NCBI GenBank assembly: GCA_001661245.1
Contig: KV454012.1
Location: 216,147-280,146 of the forward strand
Reading direction: 5' to 3'
From: Pachysolen tannophilus NRRL Y-2460
Taxonomy: Eukaryota
DNA: 64,000 nt
The notes beneath the pieces are model-generated. The model ran no database searches, was not told where the DNA came from, and saw only the letters and a list, made by a program, of their open reading frames with translations. This document shows, in pieces, positions 61,537-64,000 of the stretch (the stretch's first letter is position 1; each line of letters begins with the position of its first letter). The position numbers and the translations under genes were made by a program.

Positions 61537-61691
61537 TTAGTGGGGTACGGTTTTGCATATTTATTTAACGTTGTTATGATGAATTGTTTTTTTTTTTTTT
61601 TTATTTTTTTAATTTTCTATTTCCTTAACTATGGATATTAATATTAATAAGATATTTTTATATATATATATGTATATGTATTTATGTAAAA

Positions 61692-62846
61692 TTAATCAAA
61701 TGGTAATGGTTTTGCACGCTTATTGAATTCAGCGGCACCAAATGCAGCAGGAACTTTTATTCCACAAGAATCTCCAAAATGGGAATGTACTGGTAAACTT
61801 TCATCATCATCTGGATCCAAGGAGCCATGATGATGATGATGATGATGGTGTTGATGTTGGTTATTATCTTCTTCAGTTTCAGAATCACTTGTTCTCAGCT
61901 CGCTTATTCCTTGTGGACATTTTATAATGTTACCAAAGAAGAAATGTTGTACAATGGGTAATTTATTTAATACTTCACCTTGAAACATTTTAAACATTCC
62001 TTCTTCAACTTTAGACCATGTCTTTACACCACTAATATCATCCAACATGGGTGAATGCCAACGTAAACTTTCAGTTTTAACTTCATTTATAAAATTTATG
62101 CATTCAAAATAGAAATAATCAGGAGCAAACATTTCAACAACTTCTTTATTATGAATAGATTTTGGTTTTAAAAATTCATGAGTAGATAATTGAGATGCAC
62201 CAAATAAAAAGGGTAAGAAATGATAATCATCCAATCCCCAAACTCCATGAGAACCAGCAGGTTCAAGCCAATATTCTTTTTGTAAAGATCTCATTAATTT
62301 AATATAATTATAAAAAATTTTTAATACTAGGGCTTGTGAATCTTTTTCTAAATTAAGAATACCAAGATTTCGAAGACATAATAAAAAACATATAAAATTT
62401 AATTCATGACCTGAACCATAATCAATTCTAGTTCTATTTCCAAATGATTCATTTAAATAAACCAGTAATTCAATTCTAGGATCATTTTCATTAGAATATT
62501 GAGATAACAGAAGAATTCTTTGACCCAAGATATGTGAAATATTTTCATGTAAATCATCATAAAAATCTCTAAATTCGGGTTTACCAAACCTTGAAGCTTC
62601 CCTATCAGATACAACAGGATGTTTTTTAAAAATTATTTCTATATCTTGTAATATATTTAAAATACAATTACAATTTTCTGAAACAATTATATCTATATCT
62701 GATATTTTTTTGCCCCTAACAGATTTTGATAAAGTTTCAACAAAGCAAACAACTTCCTTATGGGTATCTGAGTCCTTCCATATTTTCAAATCTTCATCGG
62801 TAACTATACGCCTAACAGGCTCGATGAAAACTGTATCAGCTAACAT
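61692..62846 (-). CDS. RRD2: PP2A phosphatase activator (PTPA)
   Basis: SRFGKPEFR, RIDYGSGHELNF, YWLEPAGSHGVWGLDDYHFLPF and C-terminal PLPFD. Confidence 0.9.
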   Translation of the reverse strand: MLADTVFIEPVRRIVTDEDLKIWKDSDTHKEVVCFVETLSKSVRGKKISDIDIIVSENCNCILNILQDIEIIFKKHPVVSDREASRFGKPEFRDFYDDLHENISHILGQRILLLSQYSNENDPRIELLVYLNESFGNRTRIDYGSGHELNFICFLLCLRNLGILNLEKDSQALVLKIFYNYIKLMRSLQKEYWLEPAGSHGVWGLDDYHFLPFLFGASQLSTHEFLKPKSIHNKEVVEMFAPDYFYFECINFINEVKTESLRWHSPMLDDISGVKTWSKVEEGMFKMFQGEVLNKLPIVQHFFFGNIIKCPQGISELRTSDSETEEDNNQHQHHHHHHHHGSLDPDDDESLPVHSHFGDSCGIKVPAAFGAAEFNKRAKPLPFD

Positions 62847-62932
62847 TTTCAATTTTTTTTTATTTTATAATTAAATAAACCGAGACAATAAATATATAGA
62901 TATACAATTTATACCAAAAGTACTTGTTGTTC

Positions 62933-62963
<31 letters not shown>

Positions 62964-63446
62964 TAACCTTTTAAAACAACATGTCGTGTAACAAAATAGT
63001 AAATTATTTCAAATCGGGAAGCAAAAAAGGTAGTGTACACTACTCTTATTTTTTAAAAATATAATTGTAACATCATACACTACCCAGGTGGCTCAAATAT
63101 CACATGACTAAGCATCACATGATTTTATCTACAAACAATAGTCGTGTAATTTGAAACTAAAAAAAATTCTTTTAAAATTTTTTTTTTTTTTTTTTTTTCT
63201 TTTTTTTCTTTCTTTTTCGTATTCCGGTCATGAGGAATAAATAAATAATACAATTCTATAATTGTAATTATAATTATAATTATAATTGTTTTAAATATAT
63301 TTAATTTAATTTAATTTTATTTAATAATATTAATATTGATATTAAATATTAATCATCATCATTAATAAGATTTTATTGGAATAAATTAATCTATATATAT
63401 ATTTTTTTTGTTTATTGATTTTTTTATTTTAGGTGATAACAAGGGA

Positions 63447-64000
63447 ATGTTAAAGTTATCGAGATCATCACTTCGGAGCTGTTTAGAAGAATCATCGAGG
63501 ATATCAAGGATATCTAGAAGATATCAATCTTCTTCTTCTTCGAAGAAAGATCTTAATGTTAATAATTTGAAACCGGTAACAAGTTTACCGTCATCTTCAT
63601 CCAAGAAATTACTGGCAAGTGGTAATGGTAATAATAAGAAATATGATTCTAATGATAATAAGATAAAGGATAAATTTCATTCTAGTAATATAAATTCTTC
63701 AACTTCATCAGAAAAATTACAAGAAATTATTAAAAAACCAAGATTAGGTTTTAGTTCATTACCAAAAGTTTCTTCAACTTATAGTTTCCATCCAAAAGAT
63801 TTATTACTTGATAATTTTTTCAGTGGTTATAGACCAATGACTTTACCAATTCAACAACAACAACAACAACTTGAAAAACCAAAATATTTAAATAAAATTT
63901 CTCCACAATTAAATAAATCGGGAGCATATGTTTATTTTGAAATTGATGATAATTTGGATTTCTTAAACGATTTAGAAAATACAGCAAATGAAAATCCAGA
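63447..64000 (+). CDS. Pet20/Sue1-family mitochondrial protein, 5' partial (runs off the window)
   Basis: Open frame from ATG 63447 (MLKLSRSSLR...) containing LPKVSST...LDNFFSGYRPM. Confidence 0.6.
   Translation, partial: MLKLSRSSLRSCLEESSRISRISRRYQSSSSSKKDLNVNNLKPVTSLPSSSSKKLLASGNGNNKKYDSNDNKIKDKFHSSNINSSTSSEKLQEIIKKPRLGFSSLPKVSSTYSFHPKDLLLDNFFSGYRPMTLPIQQQQQQLEKPKYLNKISPQLNKSGAYVYFEIDDNLDFLNDLENTANENP

Noticed and set aside
63230..63430. Extremely AT-rich tract as a centromere or origin
   Set aside because: Similar tracts occur in many intergenic regions here; no diagnostic elements.

Overview
AT-rich (~28-30% GC), gene-dense budding-yeast (Saccharomycotina) nuclear sequence with three N gaps, about 30 protein genes (several with short spliceosomal introns) and two tRNA genes. 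CTG codons fall at positions that are Ala (or Ala/Ser) in homologues of Trs20, Atg15 and PTPA, which points to the CUG-Ala code of the Pachysolen/Nakazawaea/Peterozyma group. The most striking structure is a clean 1,040-bp inversion (23547-24586). Its two breakpoints lie inside two different genes: an alcohol dehydrogenase and a catalytically dead DAHP-synthase-like gene. Flipping the segment in silico restores both ORFs base-perfectly. Other items are two tandem APE1-like aminopeptidases (one lacking conserved His residues, with near-identical DNA patches), ESA1 split by a -1 frameshift in an A10 run, and a 920-bp NB4M/LYRM6 duplication across a gap. The last two are probably assembly artefacts. 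Homology calls come from recalled family motifs, not from database searches.
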